This document shows, piece by piece, positions 1 to 12,900 of a stretch of 64,000 bases of DNA. The stretch is from Mobula hypostoma. Taxonomy: Eukaryota. The notes under the pieces were generated by a model. The model ran no database searches. It saw only the letters and a program-made list of their open reading frames with translations, and was not told the DNA's origin. How positions within the stretch are numbered: the first letter of the stretch is position 1; each line of letters starts with the position of its first letter. A program made the position numbers and the translations under genes. Location: contig NC_086109.1 of assembly GCF_963921235.1 (NCBI RefSeq), positions 434,001 through 498,000 on the forward strand. Reading direction: 5' to 3'.

Positions 1-2370
1 CCCTTCCCCTCCCCTCCCTTCCCCTCACCTCCCCTCGCCTCAGCTCCCCTCTCCTCCCCTCTCCTCTCCTCCCCTCACCTCCCCTCCACTCCACTCCCAT
101 CCCCTCCCCTCCCCTCCCCTCCCCTCCCCTCTCCTCTCCTCGTCTCCCCTCCCCTCCCCTCTCCTCGTCTCCCCTCCCCTCCCCTCGTCTCCCCTCCCCT
201 CTCCTCCTCTCCCCTCTCACCTCCCCTCCTCTCCACCCTCCCCTCCCCTGCCCTCCCCTCCTCTCCACCCTCCCCGCCCCTCCGCTCCCCTCCCCTCCCC
301 AACCACTCCTCCACTCCCCTCTGCTCCTCTCCCCTCCCCTCCCCTCCCCACCCCTTCCCACCCACTCCTCCACTCCACTCCTCTCCCCTCCCCTCCTCAC
401 CCCCTCGCCTCCCCTCCTCTCCGCTACTCTCCCCTCCCCTCCGCTACTCTCCCCTCCCCTCCCCTCCCCTCTCCTCATCTCCCCTCCCCTCCTCACCTCC
501 CCTCCCCTCCCCTCCTCTCCCTTCCCCTCCCCTCCCCTCCCCTCCACTCTCCTCCTCTCCCCTCCCCTCCCCTCCCGTCTCCTCCTCCCCTTCCCCTCTC
601 GTCTACTCCTCCCCTTCCCCTCCCCTCCCGTCCCCTCCCCTCAGCTCCTCTCCCCTCCCTTCCCATCCCCTCCCCACCCACTCCTCCACTCCTCTCCTCT
701 CCCATCCACACCCCTCCCCTCCCCTCCCATTCCCTCCTCTCCCCTCCCCTCTCCTCTCCTCCTCTCCCCTCCCCTCTCCTCTCTTCCCCTCCTCTCCCCT
801 CCCCTCCCATCCTCCCTCCTCTCCACCCTCCTCTCCTCTCCCCCCCCTCCTTTCTTCTCCTCCTCTCCTCTCCTCTCTCCTCTCCACTTCCCTCCACTCC
901 CCTCCCCTCTCCTCCTCTCCCCTGCCCTCCCCTCCCCTCTCATCCTCTCCCCACCCCTCCCCTCTCATCCTCTCCCCTCCCCTCCCCTCCCCTCCTCTCC
1001 CCTCCTCTCCCTTCCCCTCCCATCCCCACCTCTTCCCTCCCCTCTCCCCCTCTTCCCTCCCCTCTCCCCTCCCCTCCCCTCCCGTCTCCTCCTCCCCTTC
1101 CCCTCTCGTCTACTCCTCCCCTTCCCCTCCCCTCCCTTCCCCTCCCCTCCCTTCCCCTCCTCTCCCCTCCCCTCCCCTCTCCTCCTCTCCCCTCCCCTCC
1201 TGACCCCCTCGCCTCCCCTCCTCTCCGCTCCTCTCCCCTCCCCTCCCCTCCCATTCCCTCCTCTCCCCTCCCCTCTCCTCCACTCCTCTCCCCTCCCCTC
1301 CTCACACCCTCGCCTCCTCTCCTCTCCGCTACTCTCTTCTCCCCTCCCCTCTTCTCCCCTCCCCTCCCCTCCCATCCCCTCCCCTCCGCTCCTCTCACCT
1401 CCTCTCCCCTCCCCTCCTCTCCCCTCTCCTTCCCTCTCCTCCCCTCTCCTCCAGTCCCTTCCCCTCCCCTCCCTTCCCCTCACCTGCCCTCGCCTCCGCT
1501 CCGCTCCCCTCTCCTCCCCTCCCTTCCCCTCACCTCCCCTCGCCTCAGCTCCCCTCTCCTCCCCTCTCCTCTCCTCCCCTCACCTCCCCTCCACTCCACA
1601 CCCCTCCCCTCCCCTCTCCTCGTCTCCCCTCCCCTCCCCTCCCCTCTCCTCGTCTCCCCTCCCCTCTCCTCGTCTCCCCTCCCCTCCCCTCGTCTCCCCT
1701 CCCCTCTCCTCCTCTCCCCTCTCCCCTCCCCTCCTCTCCACCCTCCCCTCCCCTGCCCTCCCCTCCTCTCCACCCTCCCCTCCCCACCGCTCCCCTCCCC
1801 TCCCCACCCACTCCTCCACTCCCCTCTGCTCCTCTCCCCACACTCCCCTCCCCACCCCACCCCTCCCCACCCACTCCTCCACTCCACTCCTCTCCCCTCC
1901 CCTCCTCACCCCCTCGCCTCCCCTCCTCTCCGCTACTCTCCCCTCCCCTCTCCTCATCTACCCTCCCCTCCCCTCCCCTCCTCTCCCTTCCCCTCCCCTC
2001 CCCTCCCCTCCACTCTCCTCCTCTCCCCTCCCCTCCCCTCCCGTCTCCTCCTCCCCTTCCCCTCTCGTCTACTCCTCCCCTTCCCCTCCTCTCCCGTCCC
2101 CTCCCCTCAGCTCCTCTCCCCTCCCTTCCCATCCCCTCCCCACCCACTCCTCCACTCCTCTCCTCTCCCATCCACACCCCTCCCCTCCCCTCCCATTCCC
2201 TCCTCTCCCCTCCCCTCTCCTCTCTTCCCCTCCTCTCCCCTCCCCTCCCCTCCTCCCTACTCTCCACCCTCCTCTCCTCTCCCCTCCCCTCCTCTCCTCT
2301 CCTTTCTTCTCCTCCTCTCCTCTCCTCTCTCCTCTCCACTTCCCTCCACTCCCCTCCCCTCTCCTCCTCT
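1..2370. repeat. Higher-order duplication in the pentamer array, offset ~1.5 kb (~1-920 vs ~1506-2370)
   Basis: CACCTCCCCTCGCCTCAGCTCCCC occurs at ~26 and ~1531. It is followed in both places, in the same order, by CGCTACTCTC, CTCGTCTACTCC, CTCAGCTCC and CCATCCACACCCC. Confidence 0.75.
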
Positions 2371-3879
2371 CCCCTCCCCTCCTGACCCCCTCGCCTCCCC
2401 TCCTCTCCGCTCCTCTCCCCTCCCCTCCCCTCTACTCCCCTCCCCTCCCCTCCCATTCCCTCCTCTCCCCTCCCCTCTCCCCACCCCTCCTCTCCCCTCC
2501 CCTCTCCTCCTCTCCGCTCCACTCCCCTCCCCTCCCCTCCACTCCCCTCCCCTCCCCTCCCATTCCCTCCTCTCCCCTCCCCTCTCCCCACCCCTCCTCT
2601 CCCCTCTCCTCTCCTCCTCACCCCTCCTCTCCCCTCCCCTCCCCTCCTCTCCCCTCCACTCCCCTCCCCTCCCCACCCACTCCTCCCCTCCCCTCCCCTC
2701 TCCCCTCCACTCCCCTCCTCTTCCCTCCCCTCTACCCTGCCCTCCGCTCCTATCCCCTCCCCTCTCCCCTCCCCTCCCGTCTTGTCCTCCCCTTCCACTC
2801 TCGTCTACTCCTCCCCTTCCCCTCCCTTCCCCTCCTCTCCCACCCCCTCCCCTCTCCTCCAATCCCCTCCCCTCCTGACCCCCTCGCCTCCCCTCCTCTC
2901 AGCTCCCCTCCCCTCCCCTCCCCTCCCCTTCCCTCTCCTCCTCTCCCCTCCCCTCCCCTACCCTCCTCTCCCCTCCCATCCACTCCTCTCCCCACTCCCC
3001 TCCCCTCCCCTCCTCACCCCTCCCATCCCCTCCCCTCCGCTCCTCTCCCCTCCCCTCCCATCCCCTCCCCACCCATTCCTCCACTCCTCTCCTCTCCACT
3101 CCCCTCCCCTCCCCTCCCCTCCCCTCTCCCCTCCCCTCTCCCATCCCCTCCTCTCCCCTCCCATCCCCTCCCCTACTCTCCCCTCTCCTCCCGTCTCCTC
3201 CTCCCCTTCCCCTCCCCTCCCTTCTTCTCCCTTCCACTCCCTTCCCCTCCTCTCCCTTTCTCTCCCCTCCCCTACTCTCCAATCCACTCCCCTCCCCTCC
3301 CCTCCCGTTCCCTCCTCTCCGCTCCCCTCTCCCCTCCCCTCCTCTCCCCTCCCCTCCTCTCCCCTCTCCTCCCCTCCTCTCCCCTCCCCTCTCCTCTCCT
3401 CCTCTCCCCTCCCCTTCTCTCCCCTCGCCTCTCCCCAGCCCTCCCCTCCCCTGCCCTCCCCTCTCCTCCCCTCCTCTCCCCTCCTCACCCCTCCCACCTC
3501 CTCTCCCCCTCCTCTCCCCTCCCCTCCCCTCCCCTCCCAACCCCTCCCCACCCACTCCTCCACTCCCCTCCCCTCCCCTCCCCTTCCCTCCTCTCCCCTC
3601 CCCTCCCTTCCCCTCCCCTCCCCTCCACTCTCCTCCTCTCCCCTCCCCTCCCGTCTCCTCCTCCCCTTCCCCTCCCGTCTACTCCTCCCCTTCCCCTCCC
3701 CTCCCGTCCCCTCCCCTCGGCTCCTCTCCCCTCCCCTCCCATCCCCTCCCCACCCACTCCTCCACTCCTCTCCTCTCCCATCCACTCCCCTCCCCTCCCC
3801 TCCCATTCCCTCCTCTCCCCACCCCTCCTCTCCCCTCCCCTCCCCTCTCCTCCCCTCCCCTCTCCTCTCCTCCTCTCCC

Positions 3880-5650
3880 CTCCCCTCTCCTCTCTTCCCC
3901 TCCTCTCCCCTCCCCTCCCCTGCTCCCTCCTCTCCCCCTCCTCTCCTCTCCTCTCCCCTCCTCTACCCTCCCCTCCTCTCCTCTCCTTTCTTCTCCTCCT
4001 CTCCTCTCCTCTCTCCTCTCCACTTCCCTCCACTCCCCTCCCCTCTCCTCCTCTCCCCTGCTCTCCCCTCCCCTCTCATCCTCTCCCCTCCCCTCCCCTC
4101 CCCTCTCCCCTCCCCTCCCCTCTCCCCTCCCCTCCCCTCCTCTCCCTTCCCCTCCTCTCCCATCCCCTCCCCTCTCCTCCTCTCCCCTCCCCTCCTGACC
4201 CCCTCGCCTCCCCTCCTCTCCGCTCCTCTCCCCTCCCCTCCCCTCCACTCCCCTCACCTCCCCTCCACTCCCCTCCCATTCCCTCCTCTCCCCTCCCCTC
4301 TCCCCACCCCTCCTCTCCCCTCCCCTCTCCTCCCCTCCTCTCCCCTCCCCTCTCCTCTCCTCCTCTCCCCTCCTCTCCCCTCCCCTATCCCCACCCCTCC
4401 TATCCCCTCCTCCCTCCTCTCCCCCCTCCTCTCCACTTCCCTCCACTCCCCTCCCCTCTCCTCCTCTCCCCTGCCCTCCCCTCCCCTCTCATCCTCTCCC
4501 CACCCCTCCCCTCTCATCCTCTCCCCTCCCCTCCCCTCTCCCCTCCCCTCCCCTCCTCTCCCCTCCCCTCCCCTCCCCACCTCTTCCCTCCCCTCTCCCC
4601 TCCCCTCCCCTCCCGTCTCCTCCTCCCCTTCCCCTCTCGTCTACTCCTCCCCTCCCTTCCCCTCCTCTCCCATCCCCTCCCCTCTCCTCCTCTCCCCTCT
4701 CCTCCTCTCCCCTCCCCTCCTGACCCCCTCGCCTCCCCTCCTCTCCGCTCCTCTCCACTCCCCTCCCCTCCACTCCCCTCCCCTCCCCTCCCCTCCACTC
4801 CCCTCCCATTCCCTCCTCTCCCCTCCCCTCTCCCCACCCCTCCTCTCCCCTCCCCTCTCCTCCCTCCTCTCCTCCCTCCTCTCCCCCCTCCTCTCCCCCC
4901 TCCTCTCCTCTCCCCTCCTCTCCCCTCCCCTCCTCTCCTCTACTTTCTTCTCCTCCTCTCCTCTCCTCTCTCCTCTCCACTTCCCTCCACTCCCCTCCCC
5001 TCTCCTCCTCTCCCCTGCCCTCCCCTCCCCTCTCATCCTCTCCCCACCCCTCCCCTCTCATCCTCTCCCCTCCCCTCCCCTCCCATCTCCCCTCCCCTCC
5101 CCTCCTCTCCCCTCCCCTCCCCTCCCCACCTCTTCCCTCCCCTCTCCCCTCCCCTCCCCTCCCCTCCCCTCCCGTCTCCTCCTCCCCTTCCCCTCTCGTC
5201 TACTCCTCCCCTCCCTTCCCCTCCTCTCCCATCCCCTCCCCTCTCCTCCTCTCCCCTCCCCTCCTGACCCCCTCGCCTCCCCTCCTCTCCGCTCCTCTCC
5301 CCTCCCCTCCCCTCCCCTCCACTCCCCTCCCATTCCCTCCTCTCCCATTCCCTCCTCTCCCCTCCCCTCTCCCCACCCCTCCTCTCCCCTCCCCTCTCCT
5401 CCCCTCCTCTCCCCTCCCCTCTCCTCTCCTCCTCTCCCCTCCTCTCCCCTCCCCTATCCCCACCCCTCCTATCCCCTCCTCCCTCCTCTCCCCCCTCCTC
5501 TCCTCTCCCCTCCTCTCCCCTCCCCTCCTCTCCTCTACTTTCTTCTCCTCCTCTCCTCTCCTCTCTCCTCTCCACTTCCCTCCACTCCCCTCCCCTCTCC
5601 TCCTCTCCCCTGCCCTCCCCTCCCCTCTCATCCTCTCCCCACCCCTCCCC
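3880..5650. repeat. About three tandem copies of a ~0.53-0.56 kb higher-order unit in the pentamer array
   Basis: CCTGACCCCCTCGCCTCCCCTCCTCTCCGCTCC occurs at ~4194, ~4719 and ~5263. CCTATCCCCACCCCTCCTATCC occurs at ~4384 and ~5453. TACTTTCTTC occurs at ~4941 and ~5536. Confidence 0.7.
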
Positions 5651-6999
5651 TCTCATCCTCTCCCATCCCCTCCCCTCTCCCCTCCTCTCCCCTCCGCTCC
5701 CCTCCCCACCTCTTCCCTCCCCTCTCCCCTCCCCACTCCCCACCCCTCCTCTCCCCTCCCCTCCCTCCTCTCCCCTCCCCTCTCCTCTCCTCCTCTCCCC
5801 TCCCCTCTCCCCACCCCTCCTCTCCCCTCTACTATCCTCCTTTCCCCTCCCCTCTCCTCTCCTCCCCTCCTTTCCCCTCCCCTCCCCCTCCTCTCCCCCT
5901 CCTCTCCTCTCCCCACCTATCTTTTCCCATCCCCTCCCTTCCCCTCCCCTCCCTTCCCCTCCGTTCCCCTCCTCTCCCATCCCCTCCCCTCTCCTCCTCT
6001 CCCCTCCCGACCCCCCCGCCTCCCCTCCTCTCAGCTCCTCTCCCTCCCCTCCCCTCTCCTCCTCTCCCCTCCCCTCCCCACCCTTCTCCTCCGCTCCTCA
6101 CCCCTCCCATCCCCTCCCCTCCGCTCCTCACCCCTCCCATCCCCTCCCCTCCGCTCCTCTCACCTCCCCTCCCATCCCATCCTCACCCATTCCTCCACTC
6201 CTCTCCTCTCCCCTCCCCTCCCCTCTCCTCTCCCCTCCCCTCCCCTCCCCACCTCTCCATTCCCCTCCCCCTCCCCTCCCGTCTCCTCCTCCCCTTCCCC
6301 ACTCGTCTACTCCTCCCCTTCCCCTCCCTTCCCCTCCCTTCCACTCCCTTCCTCTCCCTTCCCCTCCTTCCCCTCCTCTCCCTTTCCCTCCCCTCCCCTA
6401 CTCTCCCATCCACTCCCGTCCCCTCCCCTCCTCTCCCCTCCCCTCTCCCCACCCCTCTCCCCACCCCTCCTCTCCCCTCCCCTCCACTCCCCTCCCCTCC
6501 CCTCCCCTCCTCTCCCCTTCCCTCTCCTCTCCCTCCTCTTCCCTCCCCTCCTCTCCTCTCCTCTCCTCTCCTCTCCTCTCCTCTCCTCTCCTCCTCTCCT
6601 CTCCTCTCTCCTCTCCACTTCCCTCCACTCCCCTCCCCTCCCCTCCTCTCCCCTCCCCTCCCCTCTCATCCTCTCCCCTCCCCTCCCCTCTCATCCTCTC
6701 CCCTCCCCTCCCCTCCTCTCCCATCCCCTCCCCTCCCCTCTCCTCCTCTCCCCTCTCCCCTCCCCTCTCCTCCTCTCCCCTCTCCCCTCCCCTCCCCTCC
6801 CCTCCGCTCCCCTCCCATCTATTCCCCTCCCCTCCCATCCCCTCCCCTCCTCTCCCCTCTCCCCTCCCCTCTCCCCTCCCCTCCCCTCCGCTCCTCTCCC
6901 CTCGCCTCCCCTCCCCTCCTCTCCCCTCGCCTCCCCTCCCCTCCCCTCCGCTCCTCTCCCCTACCCTCCCCTCCCCACCCACTCCTCCACTCCTCTCCT

Positions 7000-9900
7000 C
7001 TCCCCGCCCTTCTCCACTCCCCTCCCCTCACCCCTCCCTTCCCCTCCCCTCCCGTCTCCTCCCCCCTTCCCCTCTCGTCTACTCCTCCCGATCCCCTCCC
7101 TTCCCCTCCCCTCCCCTCCCCTCCCGCTCCTCTCCGCTACCCTCCCCTCCCCACCCACTCCTCCACTCCTCTCCTGTCCTCTCCCCGCCCTTCTCCCCTC
7201 CCCTCCCCTCACCTCCCCTCCCGTCTCCTCCCCCCTTCCCCTCTCATCTACTCCTCCCCTTCTCCTCCCTTCCCCTCCCCTCCCCTCCCCTCTCCTCCCC
7301 TCCACTTCCCTCCCCTCCCCTCCCCTCCCCTTCCCTCCCCTCCCCTGCCCTCCCCTCCCCTCTCCTCCTCTGCCCTCCACTCCCCTCTCCTCCTCTCCCC
7401 TCCCCTCCCCTCCCCTCCCGTCTCCTCCTCCCATTCCCCTCTCGTCTCCTCCTCCCCTCCCCTTCCTGTTCCAACCTCTCCCCTCGCCTCTCCCCTGCCC
7501 TCCCGTCCCCTCCTCTCCATTCTCCCCTCCCCTCCCCACCCTCTCATCCACTCCCCTCCTCTCCCCTCCTCTCCCCTCCCCTCCTCTCTCGCCTTCCCCT
7601 CCCTTCCCCTCCCCTCCCTTCCCCTCCCCTCCCTTCCTCTCCCTTCCTCTCCCCTCCCTTCCTCTCCCTTCCCCTCCTCTCCCTTCCCCTCCCCTCCCCT
7701 CCTCTCCCCTCCCCTCCCGTTCCCTCCTCTCCCTTCCCCTCCCGTTCCCTCCTCTCCCTTCCCTTCTCCCCTCCCCTCCTCTCCCCTCCCCTCCTCTCCC
7801 CTCCACTCCCCTCCCCTCCTCTCCCCTCCACTCCCCTCCCCTCCCCTTCCTGTTCCAACCTCTCCCCTCGCCTCTCCCCTGCCCTCCCGTCCCCTCCTCT
7901 CCATTCTCCCCTCCCCTCCCCACCCTCTCATCCACTCCCCTCCCCTCCCTCTCATCCACTCCCCTCCCCACCCCACCCTCTCATCCACTCCCCTCCTCTC
8001 CCCTCCCCTCCTCTCCCCTCCCCTCCTCTCTCCCCTTCCCCTCCCTTCCCCTCCTCTCCCTTCCTCTCCCCTCCCTTCCTCTACCTTCCCCTCCTCTCCC
8101 TTCCCCTCCCGTCCCGTCCTCTCCCCTCCCCTGCGCTCCCCTCCCCTCCCCTCCCCTCCCCTCCTCTCCTCTCCCCTCCCCTCCCCTCCTCTCCCCTCCC
8201 CTTCTCTGCCCTCCCCTCTCCCCACCCCTCCTCTCCCCTCCCCTCCTCTCCTCCTCTCCCCTCCCCTCCCCTCCCCTCCCCTCCCCTCCCCTCCCCTCCC
8301 CTCCTCTCCCCTCCTCTCCCCTCCTCTCCCCTCCCCTCCCCTCCCCTCCCCTCCCCTCCCCTCCCCTCCCCTCCCCTCCTCTCCCCTCCCCTCCCCTCCT
8401 CTCCTCTCCTCTCCTCTCCTCTCCTCTCCTCTCCTCTCCTCCTCTCCTCTCCTCTCTCCTCTCCACTCCCCCTTCTTCACTCTCCTCTCTCTGCTCCCCT
8501 CCCCTCCCCACCCCTCCCCTCCTCTCCCCTCCCCTCCCCTCCCCTCCCCTCCCGTCCTCTCCCCTCCTTCCCCTCCCTCCGCTCCTCTCCCCTCCCCTCC
8601 CCTTCTCTCCTCTCCTCTCTCCTCTCCACTCCCCTCCTCTGCCATCCCCTCCTCTCACCTCTCCCCTCCCGTCCCTTCCCATCCCCTCCTACCCCCTCCC
8701 CTTCCCTCCCGTCCCCTTCCCTCCTGTCCCCTTCCCTCCTCTCCCTTCTCTCCCCTTCCCTCCACACCCATCCCCTCCCCTCCCCTCCACTCTCCACTTC
8801 CCTCCGCTCCCCTCCCCTCCTCTCCCTTCCTCTGCTCTCCCCTCCTCTCACCTCCACTCCCCTCTCCTCCCTTCCTCTCCCCTCCCCTTCTCTCTCCTCC
8901 CCTCTGCCCACCCCTCCTCTCCCCTTCCCTCTCCTCTCCCTCCTCTCCCCTCCCCTCCTCTCCTCTCCTCTCCTCTCTGCTCTCCACTTCCCTCCACTCC
9001 CCTCTCCTCTCTCCTCTCCACTCCCCTCCCCTCTCCTCCTCTCCCCTCCCCTTCCCCTCCGCTCCCCTCTCCTCCTCTCCCCTCTCCCCTGCCCTCCCCT
9101 CCCCTCTGCTCCCCTCCCATCTACTCCCCTCCCCTCTCATCCCCTCCCCTCCTCTCCCCTCTCCCCTCCCCTCCCCTCCCCTCCTCTCCCCTCCTCTCCC
9201 CTCCCCTCCCCTCCTCTCCCCTCCGCTCCCCTCCCCTCCTCTCCCCTCCCTTTCCCTCTCCTCTCCCTCCTCTCCCCTCCCCTCTTCTCCTCTCCTCTCC
9301 TCTCCTCCTCTCCTCTCCTCTCTCCTCTCCACTCCCCTCCCCTCTCCTCCTCTCCCCTCCCCTTCCCCTCCGCTCCCCTCTCCTCCTCTCCCCTCCCCTC
9401 CCCTCCTCTCCCGTCCCCTCCCCTCTCCTCCTCTCCTCTCTCCCCTCCCCTCCCCTCCCCCCCTCCGCTCCCCTCCCATCCACTCCCCTCCCCTCCCATC
9501 CCCTCCCCTCCTCTCCCCTCTCCCCTCCCCTCCCCTCCCCTCCGCTCCTCTCCCCTCCCCACCCACTCCTCCACTCCTCTCCTCTCCTCTCCCCGCCCTT
9601 CTCCCCTCCCCTCCCCTCCCGTCTCCTCCCCCTTCCCCTCTCGTCTACTCCTCCCCTTCCCCTCCCTTCCCCTCTCCTCCCCTCCACTTCCCTCCCCTCC
9701 ACTCTCCTCCTCTCCCCTTCCCTCCCCTCCCCTCTCCTCCTCTGCCCTCCACTCCCCTCTCCTCCTCTCCCCTCCCATCCCCTCCCCTCCCCTCCCCTCC
9801 CGTCTCCTCCTCCCCTTCCCCTCTCGTCTCCTCCTCCCCTCCCCTCCCTTCCCCTCTCCTCCCTTCCCCTCCCCTCTCTTCCCCTCCCCTCTCTTCCCCT

Positions 9901-12900
9901 CCCCTCTCTTCCCCTCCCCTCTCTTCCCCTCCTCTCCCCTCGCCTCGCCTCCCCTCCCCTCCGCTCCTCTCCCCTACCCTCCCCTCCCCACCCACTCCTC
10001 CACTCCTCTCCTCTCCCCGCCCTTCTCCCCTCCCCTCCCCTCACCCCTCCCCTCCCCTCCCCTCCCGTCTCCTCCCCCTTCCCCTCTCGTCTACTCCTCC
10101 CCTTCCCCTCCCCTCCCCTCCCCTCCACTTCCCTCCCCTCCCCTCTCCTCCCCTCCGCTCCTCTCCCCACCCACTCCTCCACTCCTCTCCTCTCCTCGCC
10201 CTTCTCCCCTCCCCTCCCCTCACCTCCCCTCCCGTCTCCTCCCCCCTTCCCCTCTCGTCTACTCCTCCCCTTCTCCTCCCTTCCCCTCCCCTCCCCTCCC
10301 CTCTCCTCCCCTCCACTTCCCTCCCCTCCCCTCCCCTTCCCTCCCCTCCCCTCTCCTCCTCTGCCCTCCACTCCCCTCTCCTCCTCTCCCCTCCCATCCC
10401 CTCCCCTCCTCTCCCCTCCCCACCCCTCCCCTCCCCTCCCCTCCCGTCTCCTCCCCTCCCGTCTCCTCCTCCCCTTCCCCTCTCGTCTCCTCCTCCCCTT
10501 CCCCTCCCTTCCCCTCCCCTCTCTTCCCCTCCCCTCTCTTCCCCTCCTCTCCCCTCCACTCCCCTCCCCTCCCCTTCCTGTTCCAACCTCTCCCCTCGCC
10601 TCTCCCCTGCCCTCCCGTCCCCTCCTCTCCATTCTCCCCTCCCCTCCCCACCCTCTCATCCACTCCCCTCCCCTCCCCACCCTCTCATCCACTCCCCTCC
10701 CCTCCCCACCCTCTCATCCACTCCCCTCCTCTCCCCTCCCCTCCTCTCCCCTCCCCTCCTCTCTCCCCTTCCCCTCCCTTCCCCTCCCCTCCCTTCCTCT
10801 CCCTTCCCCTCCTCTCCCTTCCCCTCCCCTCCCCTCCTCTCCCCTCCACTCCCCTCCCCTCCCGTTCCCTCCTCTCCCTTCCCCTCTCCCCTCCCCTCCT
10901 CTCCCCTCCCCTCCCCTCCCCTCCCCTTCCTGTTCCAACCTCTCCCCTCGCCTCTCCCCTGCCCTCCTGTCCCCTCCTATCCATTCTCCCCTCCCCTCCC
11001 CACCCTCTCATCCACTCCCCTCCCCTCCCCACCCTCTCATCCACTCCCCTCCTCTCCCCTCCCCTCCTCTCTCCCCTTCCCCTCCCCTCCCTTCCTCTCC
11101 CTTCCTCTCCCCTCACTTCCTCTCCCTTCCCCTCCCCTCCCCTCCTCTCCCCTCCCCTCCCCTCCCCTCCCCTCCCGTTCCCTCCTGTCCCTTCCCCTCT
11201 CCCCTCCCCTCCTCTCCCCTCCCCTCCTCTCCCCTCCCCTCCCCTCCTCCCCTCCCCTCCCCTCCTCTCCTCTCCCCTCCCCTCCTCTCCCCTCCCCTTC
11301 TCTGCCCTCCCCTCTCCCCACCCCTCCTCTCCCCTCCCATCCTCTCCTCCACTCCCCTCCCCTCCTCTCCTCCTCTCCCCTCCCCTCCTCTCCTCCTCTC
11401 CTCTCCCCTTCTCTCCCCTCCCCTTCTCTCCCCTCCCCTCCCCTCCCCTCCCCTCCGCTCCCCTCCCCTCCCCTCCCCTCCCCTCCCCTCCCCTCCCCTC
11501 CCCTCCCCTCCCCTCCTCTCCCCTCCTCTCCCCTCCTCTCCCCTCCTCTCCCCTCCTCTCCACTCCTCTCCACTCCTCTCCTCTCCTCTCCTCCTCTCCT
11601 CTCCTCTCTCCTCTCCACTCCCCCTTCTTCACTCTCCTCTCTCCGCTCCCCTCCCCTCCCCACCCCTCCCCTCCTCAACCCTCCCCTCCCCTCCCGTCCT
11701 CTCCCCTCCTTCCCCTCCCTCCGCTCCTCTCCCCTCCCCTCCCCTTCTCTCCTCTCCTCTCTCCTCTCCACTCCCCTCCTCTGCCATCCCCTCCTCTCAC
11801 CTCTCCCCTCCCGTCCCTTCCCATCCCCTCCTACCCCCTCCCCTTCCCTCCCGTCCCCTTCCCTCCCGTCCCCTTCCCTCCTGACCCCTTCCCTCCTCTC
11901 CCTTCTCTCCCCTTCCCTCCACACCCATCCCCTCCCCTCCCCTCCACTCTCCACTTCCCTCCACTCCCCTCCCCTCCCCTCCTCTCCCTTCCTCTGCTCT
12001 CCCCTCCTCTCCCCTCCACTTCCCTCTCCTCCCTTCCTCTCCCCTCCCCTTCTCTCTCCTCCCCTCTGCCCACCCCTCCTCTCCCCTTCCCTCTCCTCTC
12101 CCTCCTCTCCCCTCCCCTCCTCTCCTCTCCTCTCCTCTCTGCTCTCCACTTCCCTCCACTCCCCTCCCTTCTCCTCCTCTCCCCTCCGCTCCCTTCTCCT
12201 CCTCTCCCCTCCCCTCCCCTCTTTTCCTCTCCCCTCCCCTCCCCTCCTCTCCCGTCCCCTCCCCTCCCCTCTCCTCCTCTCCCCTCTCCCCTGCCCTCCC
12301 CTCCACTCCCCTCCCCTCCCATCCCCTCCCCTCCCATCCCCTCCCCTCCCCTCTCCCCTCCCCTCCCCTCCGCTCCTCTCCCCTCCCCTCCCCTCCTCTC
12401 CCCTCCGCTCCCCTCCCCTCCTCTCCCCTCCCTTTCCCTCTCCTCTCCCTCCTCTCCCCTCCCCTCTTCTCCTCTCCTCTCCTCTCCTCTCCTCTCCTCT
12501 CTCCTCTCCACTTCCCTCCACTCCCCTCCCCTCTCCTCCTCTCCCCACCCCTTCCCCTCCGCTCCCCTCTCCTCCTCTCCCCTCCCCTCCCCTCTCATCC
12601 TCTCCCCTCCCCTCCCCTCCTCTCCCGTCCCCTCCCCTCTCCTCCTCTCCCCTCTCCCCTCCCCTCCCCTCCCCTCTCCCCTCCTCCGCTCCCCTCCCAT
12701 CCACTCCCCTCCCCTCCCCTCCCCTCCCCTCCGCTCCTCTCCCCTCCCCACCCACTCCTCCACTCCTCTCCTCTCCTCTCCCCGCCCTTCTCCCCTCCCC
12801 TCCCGTCTCCTCCCACTTCCCCTCTCGTCTACTCCTCCCCTTCCCCTCCCTTCCCCTCCCTTCCCCTCCCTTCCCCTCTCCTCCCCTCCCCTCTCCTCTC